Positions 1 through 10,122 of a DNA stretch of 64,000 bases are shown one piece after another. Made by a program: the position numbers and the translations under genes. Location of the stretch: positions 13,388 through 77,387 of the forward strand of contig JALOKP010000009.1 in the NCBI GenBank assembly GCA_025456425.1. The letters run 5' to 3'. The notes under the pieces were generated by a model that ran no database searches, was not told the DNA's origin, and saw only the letters and a program-made list of their open reading frames with translations. Source of the stretch: Acidobacteriota bacterium. Its GTDB lineage: Bacteria > Acidobacteriota > Polarisedimenticolia > J045. Position 1 is the stretch's first letter; every line of letters begins with the position of its first letter.

Positions 1-846
1 GTGATCGTCCAGGTCAACGACAAGATGCCGCGGATCCTGGGCGACTCCTTCATCCACGTCAGCCGGGTCCACGCGATCGTCGAGCACCACGAGCCGCTGC
101 CCGAGCTGAAGCCGCACGCGATCAGCGACGTCGAGCGGCGGATCGGCGAGCACATTCGCCCGCTGATCACCGACGGCGCGACGATCCAGATGGGGATCGG
201 CGGGATTCCCGACGCGGTCTTCGCCACGATGGACGGCCTGAAGGACCTCGGGATCCACACCGAGATGATGTCGGACGGCGCGATGCGCGCGATCGAGCGC
301 GGGATCGTGACCGGGGCCCGCAAGACGCTCCACCCGGGGAAGGCGGTGATCACCTTCGCGCTCGGCACCGCCGAGCTCTACGACTTCCTCAACAACAACC
401 CGATGGTCGAGGCCCACCCGGTCGACCACGTCAACGACCCCTGGGTGATCTCGATGAACGACAACCTGATCGGGATCAACTCGGCAATCGAGGTCGACCT
501 GACGGGGCAGGTCTGCTCGGATTCGATCGGCACACGGATCTACTCCGGCTTCGGCGGCCAGGTCGACTTCATCCGCGGAGCGGCCCGGTCGAAGGGGGGC
601 AAGCCGATCATCGCGCTCCCCTCGACGACGGCGAAGAACGTCTCGCGGATCGTCGGGAAGCTGAAGCCGGGCGCGGGGGTCGTCACCTCGCGGGCCGACG
701 TGCACTACATCATCACGGAGCATGGGATCGCTTACCTCTTCGGCAAGAACCTGCGCGAGCGAGCCGAGGCGCTGATCGGGGTCGCCGCGCCGGAGCACCG
801 CGACGAGCTGATCCGCGAGGCCAAGGAGCGCAAGCTGATCCCGTAG
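1..846 (+). CDS. Acetyl-CoA hydrolase/transferase family protein (4-hydroxybutyrate CoA-transferase-like), probably 5'-truncated by window edge
   Basis: Motifs GATIQMGIGGIPDAV, LGIHTEM and GFGGQVDF are typical of the acetyl-CoA hydrolase/transferase C-terminal domain. Confidence 0.9.
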   Translation: MIVQVNDKMPRILGDSFIHVSRVHAIVEHHEPLPELKPHAISDVERRIGEHIRPLITDGATIQMGIGGIPDAVFATMDGLKDLGIHTEMMSDGAMRAIERGIVTGARKTLHPGKAVITFALGTAELYDFLNNNPMVEAHPVDHVNDPWVISMNDNLIGINSAIEVDLTGQVCSDSIGTRIYSGFGGQVDFIRGAARSKGGKPIIALPSTTAKNVSRIVGKLKPGAGVVTSRADVHYIITEHGIAYLFGKNLRERAEALIGVAAPEHRDELIREAKERKLIP

Positions 847-870
847 GGCCGGCCTCCGTGCCGGCCCGCA
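843..870. repeat. GTAG-type REP-like palindromic element, single copy
   Basis: GTAGGGCCGGCCTCCGTGCCGGCCCGC overlaps the stop of the CoA transferase and nearly matches the unit at 1487-1557. Confidence 0.65.
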
Positions 871-919
871 CCGCGGCCTCCCTGTCGGCCGCTCCCGGGC
901 GCCTTGTATCCTCGGGGAC

Positions 920-1489
920 ATGGCGCCCGGGCCGCTCCCCGTGTCGTTCTACCGCCGCCCGGCGGCGGAGGTTGCGCGCGACCTGCTCGGGCGGCGGCTC
1001 TGCCGGCGGCTTCCGGAAGGGCGCGTGCTGGCCGGGCGCATCGTCGAGGTCGAGGCCTACGACGGGCCGGACGATCGAGCCAGCCACGCCCGGGCCGGCT
1101 GCACGCGCCGCACCGCGCCGATGTTCGAGGCCGGGGGGATCGCGTACGTCTACCTGGTTTACGGGATGCACCACTGCCTGAACCTCGTGACCGGCGACGC
1201 CGGCTACCCGGCCGCGATCCTGCTGCGGGCCGCGGAGAGCCCGCTCGAAGGCGTTTCCGCCTCGGGCCCCGGCCGGTTGACGCGCGCCTTCGCGATCGAT
1301 CGCCGGCTCGACGGCGCGCCGCTCGGCGGCCCGGAGTTGTGGCTCGAAGCAGGGGAGCCGGTGCCGGACCGAAGCGTCGCGCGGACACCGCGGATCGGCG
1401 TCGACTACGCCGGCGCATGGACGCGGCGGCGGCTGCGCTGGCTGCTCCGCGGACACCCCGCCGTATCAGGCCCGTACCGCGGCCGGTAG
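920..1489 (+). CDS. mpg: DNA-3-methyladenine glycosylase (MPG family)
   Basis: Motifs FYRRPAAEVARDLLG, IVEVEAY, YVYLVYGMHHCLN, SGPGRLTRAF and RIGVDYA. Confidence 0.95.
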   Translation: MAPGPLPVSFYRRPAAEVARDLLGRRLCRRLPEGRVLAGRIVEVEAYDGPDDRASHARAGCTRRTAPMFEAGGIAYVYLVYGMHHCLNLVTGDAGYPAAILLRAAESPLEGVSASGPGRLTRAFAIDRRLDGAPLGGPELWLEAGEPVPDRSVARTPRIGVDYAGAWTRRRLRWLLRGHPAVSGPYRGR

Positions 1490-1557
1490 GGGCCGGCCTC
1501 CGTGCCGGCCCGCTCCGCGCGGGGCGACGTGCGGGCCGGCACGGAGGCCGGCCCCTA
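1487..1557. repeat. Inverted pair of REP-like units (27-bp perfect inverted repeat, 17-nt spacer) between convergent genes
   Basis: TAGGGGCCGGCCTCCGTGCCGGCCCGC at 1487-1513 and its exact reverse complement at 1531-1557. Confidence 0.75.
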
Positions 1558-2529
1558 TGCCGGCATCGCGCGCAGCGCCTCGCGCTCCGGGTCCCAGCGC
1601 CACGGCGCGTGGCGCCCGGAGAGATGGACTCCGCCCAGCCAGCGGTCGAGGCCGCGCGCCCGGGCCGCGTCGAGTTCCCCGGCCAGCACGGCGCGGCCTG
1701 GTTCGGTCGCGACGACCACCAGTTCCTCCAGCCCGAGGCCGGGCGGCCCGTCGACCGACAGCAGTGGGACCGGCGGGCGCGCCAGACGCCTCAGGTGCCA
1801 GGCGAAAACCGTGTCCCCCATGAAGACGCGCTCTTCCGCGCGGTGGTGCGCCAGCTCGTAGGCCAGCGTCGCTCCGAGCGGCCGGGCGGCGCAGGCCTCG
1901 AGGATCTGCCGCTCGGTGCGCGACACCCCCTCCCGGATCCACGGGAACTCCTGCAGGTGGCGCCGGATCGCGGCGGCAAGGCCGGGAAAGTCGTCGAGCC
2001 CGCCCGCCGCCAGCGCCGCCAGCGGCTCAGGGCTGGGCCCCCGGAAGGCGGCGAAGACCTGCGCGGCGCGCTGGAACTGCACCGCTTTCAGCGGCCGCCG
2101 GCGGTCGTGGATCATCGCGACGAGATCGGGAGTCAGGCCGGCACCGATCGTCCCGGCGTGCAGCACCAGCCGCACCCGGCCCCGCACCAGCGGGTCCTGC
2201 CCGAGGGCGTCGAGCACCTGCAGCAACTGGAGCTGGTCGTAGAGGTCCTGCTCGAACCAGAGGACGATCTCCTCGCGCGTCCCGGCGGTCGCCAGGAGCG
2301 CGTCGCGGGCCTCGAACGCGCGGCGCAGCGCGGCCGCGTCGCCCCAGCCCTGGGCCGCCAGGTACTGCGCGCGCTCGAGCGAGAGGGCCCGCAGCGGGAG
2401 CCCGGCCCGGACCGGCCCCTCGTGCAGGGCGTCGCGCCAGGGCAGGACCTCCCCGTCGATCCCGGCCGCCGTCAGCTGCCGGGCCGCGTGGTCGCCGTTC
2501 GTGACGTGCAGGACGCGCGCCCTGGCCAT
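1555..2529 (-). CDS. DUF1835-domain protein
   Basis: N-terminal LHVTNGD, WRDALHEGPV, EIVLWFEQDLYDQLQLL and C-terminal RWLGGVHL. Start placed at MARARVLH. Confidence 0.8.
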   Translation of the reverse strand: MARARVLHVTNGDHAARQLTAAGIDGEVLPWRDALHEGPVRAGLPLRALSLERAQYLAAQGWGDAAALRRAFEARDALLATAGTREEIVLWFEQDLYDQLQLLQVLDALGQDPLVRGRVRLVLHAGTIGAGLTPDLVAMIHDRRRPLKAVQFQRAAQVFAAFRGPSPEPLAALAAGGLDDFPGLAAAIRRHLQEFPWIREGVSRTERQILEACAARPLGATLAYELAHHRAEERVFMGDTVFAWHLRRLARPPVPLLSVDGPPGLGLEELVVVATEPGRAVLAGELDAARARGLDRWLGGVHLSGRHAPWRWDPEREALRAMPA

Positions 2530-2611
2530 CGGCGCCCATTCTAGAGAGTTCCGGGGCCGGACCCTATACTCCCCGCCCCAGCCGCCCCGCGGCCCAGCCG
2601 GTGAGGACCCG

Positions 2612-3775
2612 ATGGCTTCCCCCCACCCCCTCGACTTCTTCGACGTCCGCTCGCTGCTCTCCGACGAGGAGCAGGCGGTCCAGGACGCGGTCGCCCGCTT
2701 CGTCGACGAGCGCGTGATCCCGATCATCGGCGAGTGCTTCGAGGCGGACCGCTTCCCGATGGAACTGGTCCCCCAGCTGGCCGAGCTGGGGCTGTTCGGG
2801 GTCAGCATGGAGGGCTACGGCGGGGCCGGGATGAACTCGGTCTGCTACGGGCTGGTCTGCCAGGAACTCGAGCGCGGCGACTCGGGGCTGCGCAGCTTCG
2901 TCTCGGTGCAGTCCAGCCTGTGCATGTTCCCGATCCGGCGCTACGGCAGCGAGGAGCAGCGCCGGCGCTGGCTGCCGGAGATGGCGGCGGGCCGGGCCCT
3001 GGGCTGCTTCGGCCTGACCGAGCCCGACGGCGGCTCCGACCCCGGCACGATGAAGACCCACGCCCGCCGCGACGGCTCGGACTGGGTGATCAACGGCGCC
3101 AAGATGTGGATCACCAACGGCACGCTGGCCGACGTCGCGGTGGTCTGGGCCAACACCGACGACGGCGTGAAGGGATTCCTGGTCGAGCGCGGCGCGAAGG
3201 GCTACGTGGCGCGCGACATCAAGCGCAAGATGTCGCTGCGGGCCTCGGTCACCTCCGAGCTGTTCTTCGACGACGTGCGCGTGCCGGAGGCGGCCCGGCT
3301 GCCGGACGCGATCGGGCTGGCGGCCCCGCTCTCCTGCCTCACCCAGGCCCGCTACGGGATCGCCTGGGGTGTGCTGGGTGCGGCCTCGGCCTGCCTGGCC
3401 GAGGCGCTGGAATTTGCGGGGACGCGCGTGCTGTTCGGCCGGCCGCTGTCCCACACCCAGACGATCCAGCGGCGGCTGGCCGACATGGCGCGCCGGCTGA
3501 CCGCGGGCCGCCTGCTGGCCCTGCAGCTGGGCCGGCTCAAGGACCAGGGACGGATGCACCACAGCCAGGTCTCGCTGGCCAAGTGGAACAACGTCCGGCT
3601 GGCGCTCGACGCGGCGCGGGAGACGCGCGACATCCTCGGCGGCGGCGGGATCACGCTCGACCACCACGCGATCCGGCACATGCTCAACCTCGAGAGCGTG
3701 ATCACCTACGAGGGGACGGAGACGATCCACGAGCTGGTAGTCGGGCGCGAGCTGACCGGAACCGCGGCGTTCTAG
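2612..3775 (+). CDS. Acyl-CoA dehydrogenase (glutaryl-CoA dehydrogenase-like)
   Basis: Motifs CFGLTEPDGGSDP, NGAKMWITNG and LESVITYEGT; GAGG RBS before ATG 2612. Confidence 0.92.
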   Translation: MASPHPLDFFDVRSLLSDEEQAVQDAVARFVDERVIPIIGECFEADRFPMELVPQLAELGLFGVSMEGYGGAGMNSVCYGLVCQELERGDSGLRSFVSVQSSLCMFPIRRYGSEEQRRRWLPEMAAGRALGCFGLTEPDGGSDPGTMKTHARRDGSDWVINGAKMWITNGTLADVAVVWANTDDGVKGFLVERGAKGYVARDIKRKMSLRASVTSELFFDDVRVPEAARLPDAIGLAAPLSCLTQARYGIAWGVLGAASACLAEALEFAGTRVLFGRPLSHTQTIQRRLADMARRLTAGRLLALQLGRLKDQGRMHHSQVSLAKWNNVRLALDAARETRDILGGGGITLDHHAIRHMLNLESVITYEGTETIHELVVGRELTGTAAF

Positions 3776-3837
3776 CCCGTCCCCCCCGGAAATCTCCGAG
3801 GCCCCTCGCCGCGCCGAGGCGGGGCTATCATGCGGCC

Positions 3838-4182
3838 ATGGCGGCCAATAAGACCCTCTACCGGGTCGCGTTCCACAACCAGGGCCAGCTGTACGAGCTG
3901 TACGCCCGGCGCGTGAGCCACGGCGAACTCCTGGGTTTCGTCGAGGTCGAGGACCTCGTGTTCGGGGCCAAGGGGCTGCTGGTGGTCGACCCGTCGGAAG
4001 AGCGGCTGCAGCGCGAGTTCGAGGGGGTCCGCCGCTTCTTCGTCCCGATGCACGCCGTGGTGCGGATCGACGAGGTGGAAAAGCAGGGGCCGGCGCGCAT
4101 TCTCGAGGCCGCGAAAGGGGCGCCGGTCGCGCCCTTCCCGCTCCCGCTGCACCGGCCCGACACCCCATCTTCCAAGTCCTGA
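3838..4182 (+). CDS. DUF1820 family protein
   Basis: YRVAFHNQGQLYELYARRV...FVEVEDLVFG...VVDPSEERLQREF...PMHAVVRIDEV pattern. Confidence 0.85.
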   Translation: MAANKTLYRVAFHNQGQLYELYARRVSHGELLGFVEVEDLVFGAKGLLVVDPSEERLQREFEGVRRFFVPMHAVVRIDEVEKQGPARILEAAKGAPVAPFPLPLHRPDTPSSKS

Positions 4183-4198
4183 GGAACGAGGTGAGCCC

Positions 4199-6508
4199 GT
4201 GAGCCGACTCCGCCCGTCCGTAGTCCTCGCCGCCCTGGCCGCGCTCTCCCTCCCCGCGGCCGCGGAGCAGCCGGTCCCTCCGCCCCCCGACGCGCCGGTC
4301 CAGGCCGTGGACGCTCCCGGGCCCCCGCCGACGCCGGCCGCCGTCGAGCCGGTCATCCCGCCGCGAATTGCGGACCGGCCCAAGGTCGGCCTCGTCCTCT
4401 CCGGCGGCGGCGCGCGCGGCGCGGCGCACGTCGGCGTGCTGCGCGTGCTGCGCGAACTGCGGATCCCGATCGACTGCATCGCCGGCACGAGCATGGGCTC
4501 GATCGTCGGCGGCCTGTACGCCAGCGGGATGTCGGTCGAGGAGCTGGAAGAGGTCGTCGACACGACCGACTGGTTCGACGTCTTCTACGACAACTCCCGG
4601 CGCCAGAACCTGTCGTTCCGCCGCAAGCAGGACGACGCCCAGGTCCTGTCGCCGATCCGGATCGGGGTCGAAAAGGGCAAGGCACCGTTCGCCCTCGGCC
4701 TGATCACCGGGCAGAAGGTCGGCGGGATGCTGCGCGACTACTCGATCACCGCCGCGGGGATCGAGAGCTTCGACAACCTGCCGATCCCGTTCGCCGCCGT
4801 CGCGACCGACCTGGCGACCGGCGAGATGGTGACGCTCCGCGGCGGGAGCCTGGCCGAGGCGATGCGGGCCAGCATGGCGGTCCCGGGGGTCTTCACCCCG
4901 GTCGAGATCGACGGCCGTAACCTGGTCGACGGCGGGCTGGTGCGGAACCTCCCGGTCGACGTCGTCCGTGCGATGGGGGCCGAGGTCGTGATCGCGGTCG
5001 ACATCAGCACGCCGCTCGACTCGATCGAGGAGATCCGGACCTTCTTCAACGTGACCGGGCAGATGACCGGGTTCCAGACGCGCAAGAACGTGCTGGAGCA
5101 GATCGCCACGCTGGGCCCGCAGGACGTCCTGATCGTGCCCGCGCTGAAGGGGATCAAGTCCGGCAGCTTCGAGCCCGAGAAGCTCGCGCAGGCGGTCGAC
5201 TCCGGCGAGGAGGCCGCCCGGGCGAAGGCCTCCGCGCTCGAAGCGCTGAGCGTCTCGACCGAGGACTACGCCGCCTTCCAGAAGCGCCACTTCCGCAACA
5301 CGACGAGGGTGGTCCAGATCCGCGACGTCGAGGTCGCGAACGACTCGCACCTCGACTCGCGGGTCCTCCTGGCCCGCGTCCGGGTCAAGCCCGACGCGCC
5401 GCTCGACCTCTCCGTCCTCAACTCGGACCTGTCCCGGCTCTACGAGCTGGACGCCTTCGAGCTGGTCGACTACATCCTGATCCCGATCGAGGGCGAGAAG
5501 AACAGGTTCGACCTCCTGATCCGGGCCAAGGCCAAGACCTGGGCCCGCCACTTCCTTCGCGTCGGCCTCAGCCTGGTCTCGGACCTGACCGGCTACGGGG
5601 AGTTCACCGCCCTGGGGTCGTACACCATGACCCAGCTCAACGGACTCGGGGCGGAGTGGCGGACCTACGCGGGGGTCGGGACCAGGCCCCTGATCGAGAC
5701 CGAGATCTACCAGCCGATCGACTACGCCGGAAACTGGTTCTTCTCCGCCGCCACGGGCTGGCGCCGCATCCCCTACCCGGTCGTCACCGGAGACAACCTG
5801 GTCGTGGACTTCGAGCTCGATCGCGCCGCGGTCTACGCCGACATTGGCCGCCAGTTCGGACGCTATGCGGAACTCCGTCTCGGCGTCGTGCAGGCCTGGC
5901 GCACGGTGAGGCTCCAGACTCTCGAACCGGGAGCGATCAAGCTCGACAGCAACCCGCTCGCCGGGAGGCTGCGCTTCGAGTGGGACACGCTGGACAACAT
6001 CAACTTCCCGCGTCACGGCCTGCGGTCGATTCTCGACGGGCAGTACGCCTTCAACGGCGGCGTCGACGACGACTCGTTCCAGACGGCCGAGCTGCAGGTC
6101 AACGGCGCATTCAGCTTCGGCAACAACACCTTCGTCCCGGGCCTGCGGGCCGGGTGGGCGGGAGGCGCGCCGACGATCTTCGACCAGTACTCGTTCGGCG
6201 GCCTCTTCAATCTCTCCGGATACGGCGCGCAGCGCTATTTCGGCACGAAGGCCGTCCTGGCGAGACTGTCCTACTACCGCAGGCTGCTCGAACTTCCGGC
6301 CCAGCTCGGCTCCGGGATCTATGCCGGCGCCGCGATCGACGGGGCCTACTCGAAGGATCCCGTGGAGGGGGACCCGACGGATGGATGGGAGGGCTCGGCC
6401 GCGGCCTTCGTCGGCGCCGACACGCTAATCGGCCCGCTCTACGTCGCCTACGGGGTCTCGTCGGACGGCGTGGACTCGTTCTACCTGTTCCTCGGCCGGC
6501 TGTTCTGA
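4199..6508 (+). CDS. Patatin-like phospholipase with POTRA + Omp85-type beta-barrel (PlpD-like)
   Basis: Signal peptide; GGGARG, GTSMG (catalytic Ser) and DGG motifs; C-terminal barrel ending YLFLGRLF. Confidence 0.9.
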   Translation: MSRLRPSVVLAALAALSLPAAAEQPVPPPPDAPVQAVDAPGPPPTPAAVEPVIPPRIADRPKVGLVLSGGGARGAAHVGVLRVLRELRIPIDCIAGTSMGSIVGGLYASGMSVEELEEVVDTTDWFDVFYDNSRRQNLSFRRKQDDAQVLSPIRIGVEKGKAPFALGLITGQKVGGMLRDYSITAAGIESFDNLPIPFAAVATDLATGEMVTLRGGSLAEAMRASMAVPGVFTPVEIDGRNLVDGGLVRNLPVDVVRAMGAEVVIAVDISTPLDSIEEIRTFFNVTGQMTGFQTRKNVLEQIATLGPQDVLIVPALKGIKSGSFEPEKLAQAVDSGEEAARAKASALEALSVSTEDYAAFQKRHFRNTTRVVQIRDVEVANDSHLDSRVLLARVRVKPDAPLDLSVLNSDLSRLYELDAFELVDYILIPIEGEKNRFDLLIRAKAKTWARHFLRVGLSLVSDLTGYGEFTALGSYTMTQLNGLGAEWRTYAGVGTRPLIETEIYQPIDYAGNWFFSAATGWRRIPYPVVTGDNLVVDFELDRAAVYADIGRQFGRYAELRLGVVQAWRTVRLQTLEPGAIKLDSNPLAGRLRFEWDTLDNINFPRHGLRSILDGQYAFNGGVDDDSFQTAELQVNGAFSFGNNTFVPGLRAGWAGGAPTIFDQYSFGGLFNLSGYGAQRYFGTKAVLARLSYYRRLLELPAQLGSGIYAGAAIDGAYSKDPVEGDPTDGWEGSAAAFVGADTLIGPLYVAYGVSSDGVDSFYLFLGRLF

Positions 6509-6535
6509 TCGGCCGGCGGCCGGCCGGAGCGCGCG

Positions 6536-6811
6536 CTACGCGCCCCGGTCCCCGCGGACCTTCGGGCCGGTCGACCCGTGGTGGCCGTGGGTGTCGGTGT
6601 GGAGCGTGCCCGTCGACCCGCCGGTCCCGCGGGCCTGCTCCCCTTCGGCGAGCAGCTCGATCTGGCCGGCTTCCACGAGCTTCGCCACGCCCGGCGCGTC
6701 GACCGCGTCGTCGGCGATCTGGCCCGACTTCCCGGGGCCGAGGTGGAGCACCTTTCCGCGCGGCAGGCGTACCGCGAGCGGCTGAACGGTCCGGTTGACG
6801 ATCGTTCTCAT
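6536..6811 (-). CDS. Small hypothetical protein (91 aa)
   Basis: MRTIVNRTVQPLAVRLPRGKVLHLGPG...; GGAGAG RBS upstream and GC3-biased codons. Confidence 0.6.
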   Translation of the reverse strand: MRTIVNRTVQPLAVRLPRGKVLHLGPGKSGQIADDAVDAPGVAKLVEAGQIELLAEGEQARGTGGSTGTLHTDTHGHHGSTGPKVRGDRGA

Positions 6812-6855
6812 CGTGCGCGCTCCTCTCCAACGGGTTCGCCGCGATTGTACGCCGC

Positions 6856-8289
6856 TCAGCCGATGCCGAACAGCCGGGTCAGGAGCAACACGCCGGCCGG
6901 CACCAGCAGGGCGCTCGCCAGGTCGAGCATCGTCCCGAGGCGCAGCATGACGGTGATCGGCACGCAACCCGAGCCGTAGACGATCGCGTTGGGCGGGGTC
7001 GAAACCGGCAGCATGAAGGCCATCGAGGCGCCGAGCGCCACCCCCATCGCCGGCGGGACGGGGCTGACACCCGCGGCCTGGGCCGCCGCGATCGCGAGCG
7101 GGCCGACCATCGTCGCGGCCGCGGTGTTGGAGGTCGTCTCGGTCAGGAGGATCGCGAGCAGCGTGAACAGCACCGTCAGCGCGCCCAGCGACTGGGCGCC
7201 GCTGGCCCGCACGATCCCCTGCCCGATCGCCTCCGCCAGCCCGGTGCGGAACATCGCCGCCCCGAGCGAGAGGCCCCCGCCAAACAGCAGCAGCGTGCCC
7301 CAGTCGATCCGCACCGCCTCGCTCCCCAGCACCAGGGCCAGCAGGCCGGGCAGCACCCAGAACGCGACGGTCAGCGCGAACGCACCCAGGACGTTCTTCT
7401 CCGCCCGCGAGGGGGCGCCCAACGCGGCCCGCTCGCGCAGGAACTCGTTCCGGCTGCCGACGATGGCACCGACCTCGGGGGGGAGCGTCCAGCGCAGCCA
7501 GCCCAGCAGCAGCGCGAGCATCACCGCCGCGACCGGCGCCCCGACCAGCATCCACTGGAAGAACGGCACGCGCACGCCGGCCAGCTGGTCGAGCTGGCCC
7601 AGCACGACGAGGTTGGGCTGCGTTCCGACCGGCGGGACGATCCCGCCGATCGACGCGGCCCAGGCGATCCCCAGCATGAGCGCGGTCCCGAAGCGCAGCC
7701 GCGTCGCGTCGACCGGGCCCCCGGAGTCCCGCTCGAGCAGGCGGGAGAGCGCGGCCAGCACCGACAGCGCGATCGGGTAGAGCATCGCTGTCGTGGCGGT
7801 GTTGGAGAGCCAGGCCGAGAGCCCGGCGGTGGCGAGCGCGAACGCCGCGAGGATCCGGGTCGACGACGACCCGACCCAACGGCGCGCGAGGATCGCTTAG
7901 GCGAAGCGGAGGTCGAGGCCGGTCGCGAACATCGCCTCGGCCAGGACGAACCCGCCGAGGAACAGGAACACGATCGGGTCGCCGAACGGGCTGAACATCT
8001 CGGCCGCCGTTCCGATGCCGAGCACGACGGCGAGCGCCGGGCCGAGCACCGACGCGACCGGGATCGGCACGGCCTCCGTGATCCACCAGACGAGGATCCA
8101 GGTGAGCACGGCTGCCAGGCGCGCCGCGGCCGGTTGCAGGCCGGGGGGCGGCAGGGCGAGCAGGAGCAGGAACAGCGCCGGCCCGGCGAAGAGCCCGATC
8201 GTGCGGCGCGCGCGCTCGAAGCGCAGTTCGGGCGGCGAGAGGACCTCGCGAGCCTGCGTGAGATCGCGGAACCGGACGCGCTCGGACAC
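6856..8289 (-). pseudogene. SLC13/DASS family anion:sodium symporter with in-frame TAA at 7897-7899 and probable internal deletion
   Basis: ORFs 7897-8289 and 6856-7785 share a frame. Reading through the stop gives LDLRFA*AILARRWVG...SNTATTAM. DASS motifs IDWGTLLLFGGG and MLPVSTPPNAIVY are present. Confidence 0.8.
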
Positions 8290-8410
8290 CGGCCGCCCTC
8301 CGATCGGCGCAGCCTAGCGCGACCGCGGCCCGGACCGGGAGCGATTTACCCCGGCCCGCGGGCGGGCTAGGATGGCCCTGTCGGCGGAGACGTCCGCCGG
8401 GGAGCGCCGG

Positions 8411-8929
8411 ATGAACGAGCCCCAGCCGCCGTCGCCACCAGCCCGGCACCCGCCACCACCCTGCGCCGGCGACTTCCACGACGACGAGTTGATCCTGCGC
8501 TTCGACGAGGTCATCCCGGCCGACGTCTCCGTGATCGGGCCGCTGGTCGAACGCGTCATGGGGCTGGTCCGCGATTTCGGCTGCGCCGTGGGGGAGGAGC
8601 ACACGATCGAGCTGGCGCTCCAGGAGGCGCTGGCCAACGCGGTGGTCCACGGCGCGGGAGGCGACGCTTCCAAGCCGGTGGCCGTCTCGGTCGCCTGCGA
8701 GGAGGACCGCGGAATCCTGGTCGTCGTCCGCGACCCCGGTCCCGGCTTCGACCCCCACAAGATCCCGAGCCCGGTCGTCGGCGAGAACATCTTCGAGTCG
8801 CACGGCCGGGGGATCTACCTCATCAACCGGCTGATGGATCACGTCGAGTTCGCGCACGGCGGGACCGAGATCCGGATGCGCAAGAACCCGACCGAACCGC
8901 CCGGCGAGCCGTCCCCTGACTCGCCCTGA
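8411..8929 (+). CDS. RsbW-like anti-sigma factor Ser/Thr kinase (HATPase_c_2)
   Basis: Motifs IELALQEALANAVVHG, VRDPGPGFD and HGRGIYLI. Confidence 0.88.
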   Translation: MNEPQPPSPPARHPPPPCAGDFHDDELILRFDEVIPADVSVIGPLVERVMGLVRDFGCAVGEEHTIELALQEALANAVVHGAGGDASKPVAVSVACEEDRGILVVVRDPGPGFDPHKIPSPVVGENIFESHGRGIYLINRLMDHVEFAHGGTEIRMRKNPTEPPGEPSPDSP

Positions 8930-8954
8930 GCGCCGCCCCTCCCAGGAGAGCCCG

Positions 8955-9990
8955 ATGTCCGCCGAGCAGACCGGCCGACCCGTCGATCCCCCGCCCGTCA
9001 CCGGCGGCGAGTCGCTGCGGACGCTGATCGAGACCCGCTTTCCCGCCTTCGCCGGCCGCAACGTGCGCGAGGTCCACCGGATCATGCGGCGCTCGCTCGA
9101 GGACGACTGCGCGGTCTTCGCGACCCTCTCGGGCGCGATGACGCCGGCCGGGCTGCACACCTCGGTCGTGATCCCGCTGGTGACGAGCGGCGCGATCTCC
9201 TGCCTGACCACGACCGGGGCCAACCTCTACCACGACGTCCACCGCCTGCTCGGCCACACGATCCACGAGCTGTCGCCTTCCGCCGACGACCTGGCGCTGC
9301 GCGAGGAGCGGATCATCCGGATCTACGACCTCGGTTTCGACGAGGAGGTGCTGCTCGACACCGATCGGTTCTTTCTGGAGGTGATGAAGCAGCCCGAGTT
9401 CCAGCGCCCGATGACGACGCCGGAGTTCCACCACGCGCTCGGCCGCGCCGTGGCGGCACTCGAGGACGAACGGGGCGTCCCGAACTCGACCGTGCTGGGC
9501 GCCTGCTTCCGCGCCGAGGTGCCGATCTTCTCCGGCGCGGTGCAGGACGGCTCGATCTTCCTGAACGCCGTCCGGCTGCAGCGCGAGGACCCGGCCTTCC
9601 TGTTCCGGATCGACGCCGGCCGCGACGTCTACCAGATGGCGGCGCTGCAGCGTCCCCAAGAACTACACGCTCCAGGGCGAGCCGCTGCTCTCGCAGATCC
9701 TGGGGGTCGAGGCCCGCGGTTTCGACTACGACGCCCAGGTCTGCGTCGACGTCGTCGACAACGGGGCCCTGTCCCCCTGCTCGGCTGGCGAGGGGCACAC
9801 CTGGGGGAAGACCAGCGCCGAGTGCGTCGAGTCTTCCTCGGCCTACCTCCGGACCGACGTCACGATCGCGGCACCGTTCCTGGCCGAGGCACTGCTCTCC
9901 GACCCCGGGCTGCGCCGCGCGCCGAAGCGGATGTTCCCGCGGCTGGCGGAGGCCGAGCGGGCGCTCGACGCGCTCTGGCTGAAGGGCTGA
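8955..9990 (+). pseudogene. Deoxyhypusine synthase-like protein, frameshifted near 9650
   Basis: Frame 1 has LSGAMTPAGL, TTGANLYHD and QDGSI up to QMAALQ. The conserved C-terminus (VPKNYTLQGEP...DNGALS...EGHTWGK...DVTIAAP) continues in another frame to TGA 9988-9990. Confidence 0.8.
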
Positions 9991-10122
9991 GCGGGATCCG
10001 CGATTGCGGCGTCGGGTCGAGCGGACTATCCTGAAACGCCTGTTTCCGTTGCGTACCTCGCACGATCCCCGCACCGAAGGGGGCATGGCCTCATGGCAGG
10101 CACAGGTAGGTGGAGATCCCTC

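Noticed and set aside
2564-6016. Long antisense or alternate-frame ORFs (also 24531-28367, 29669-32461, 48695-50962, 51103-53925 and many others)
   Set aside because: They are expected stop-poor shadows in >70% GC DNA, overlap genes with clear family motifs, and have no motifs of their own.
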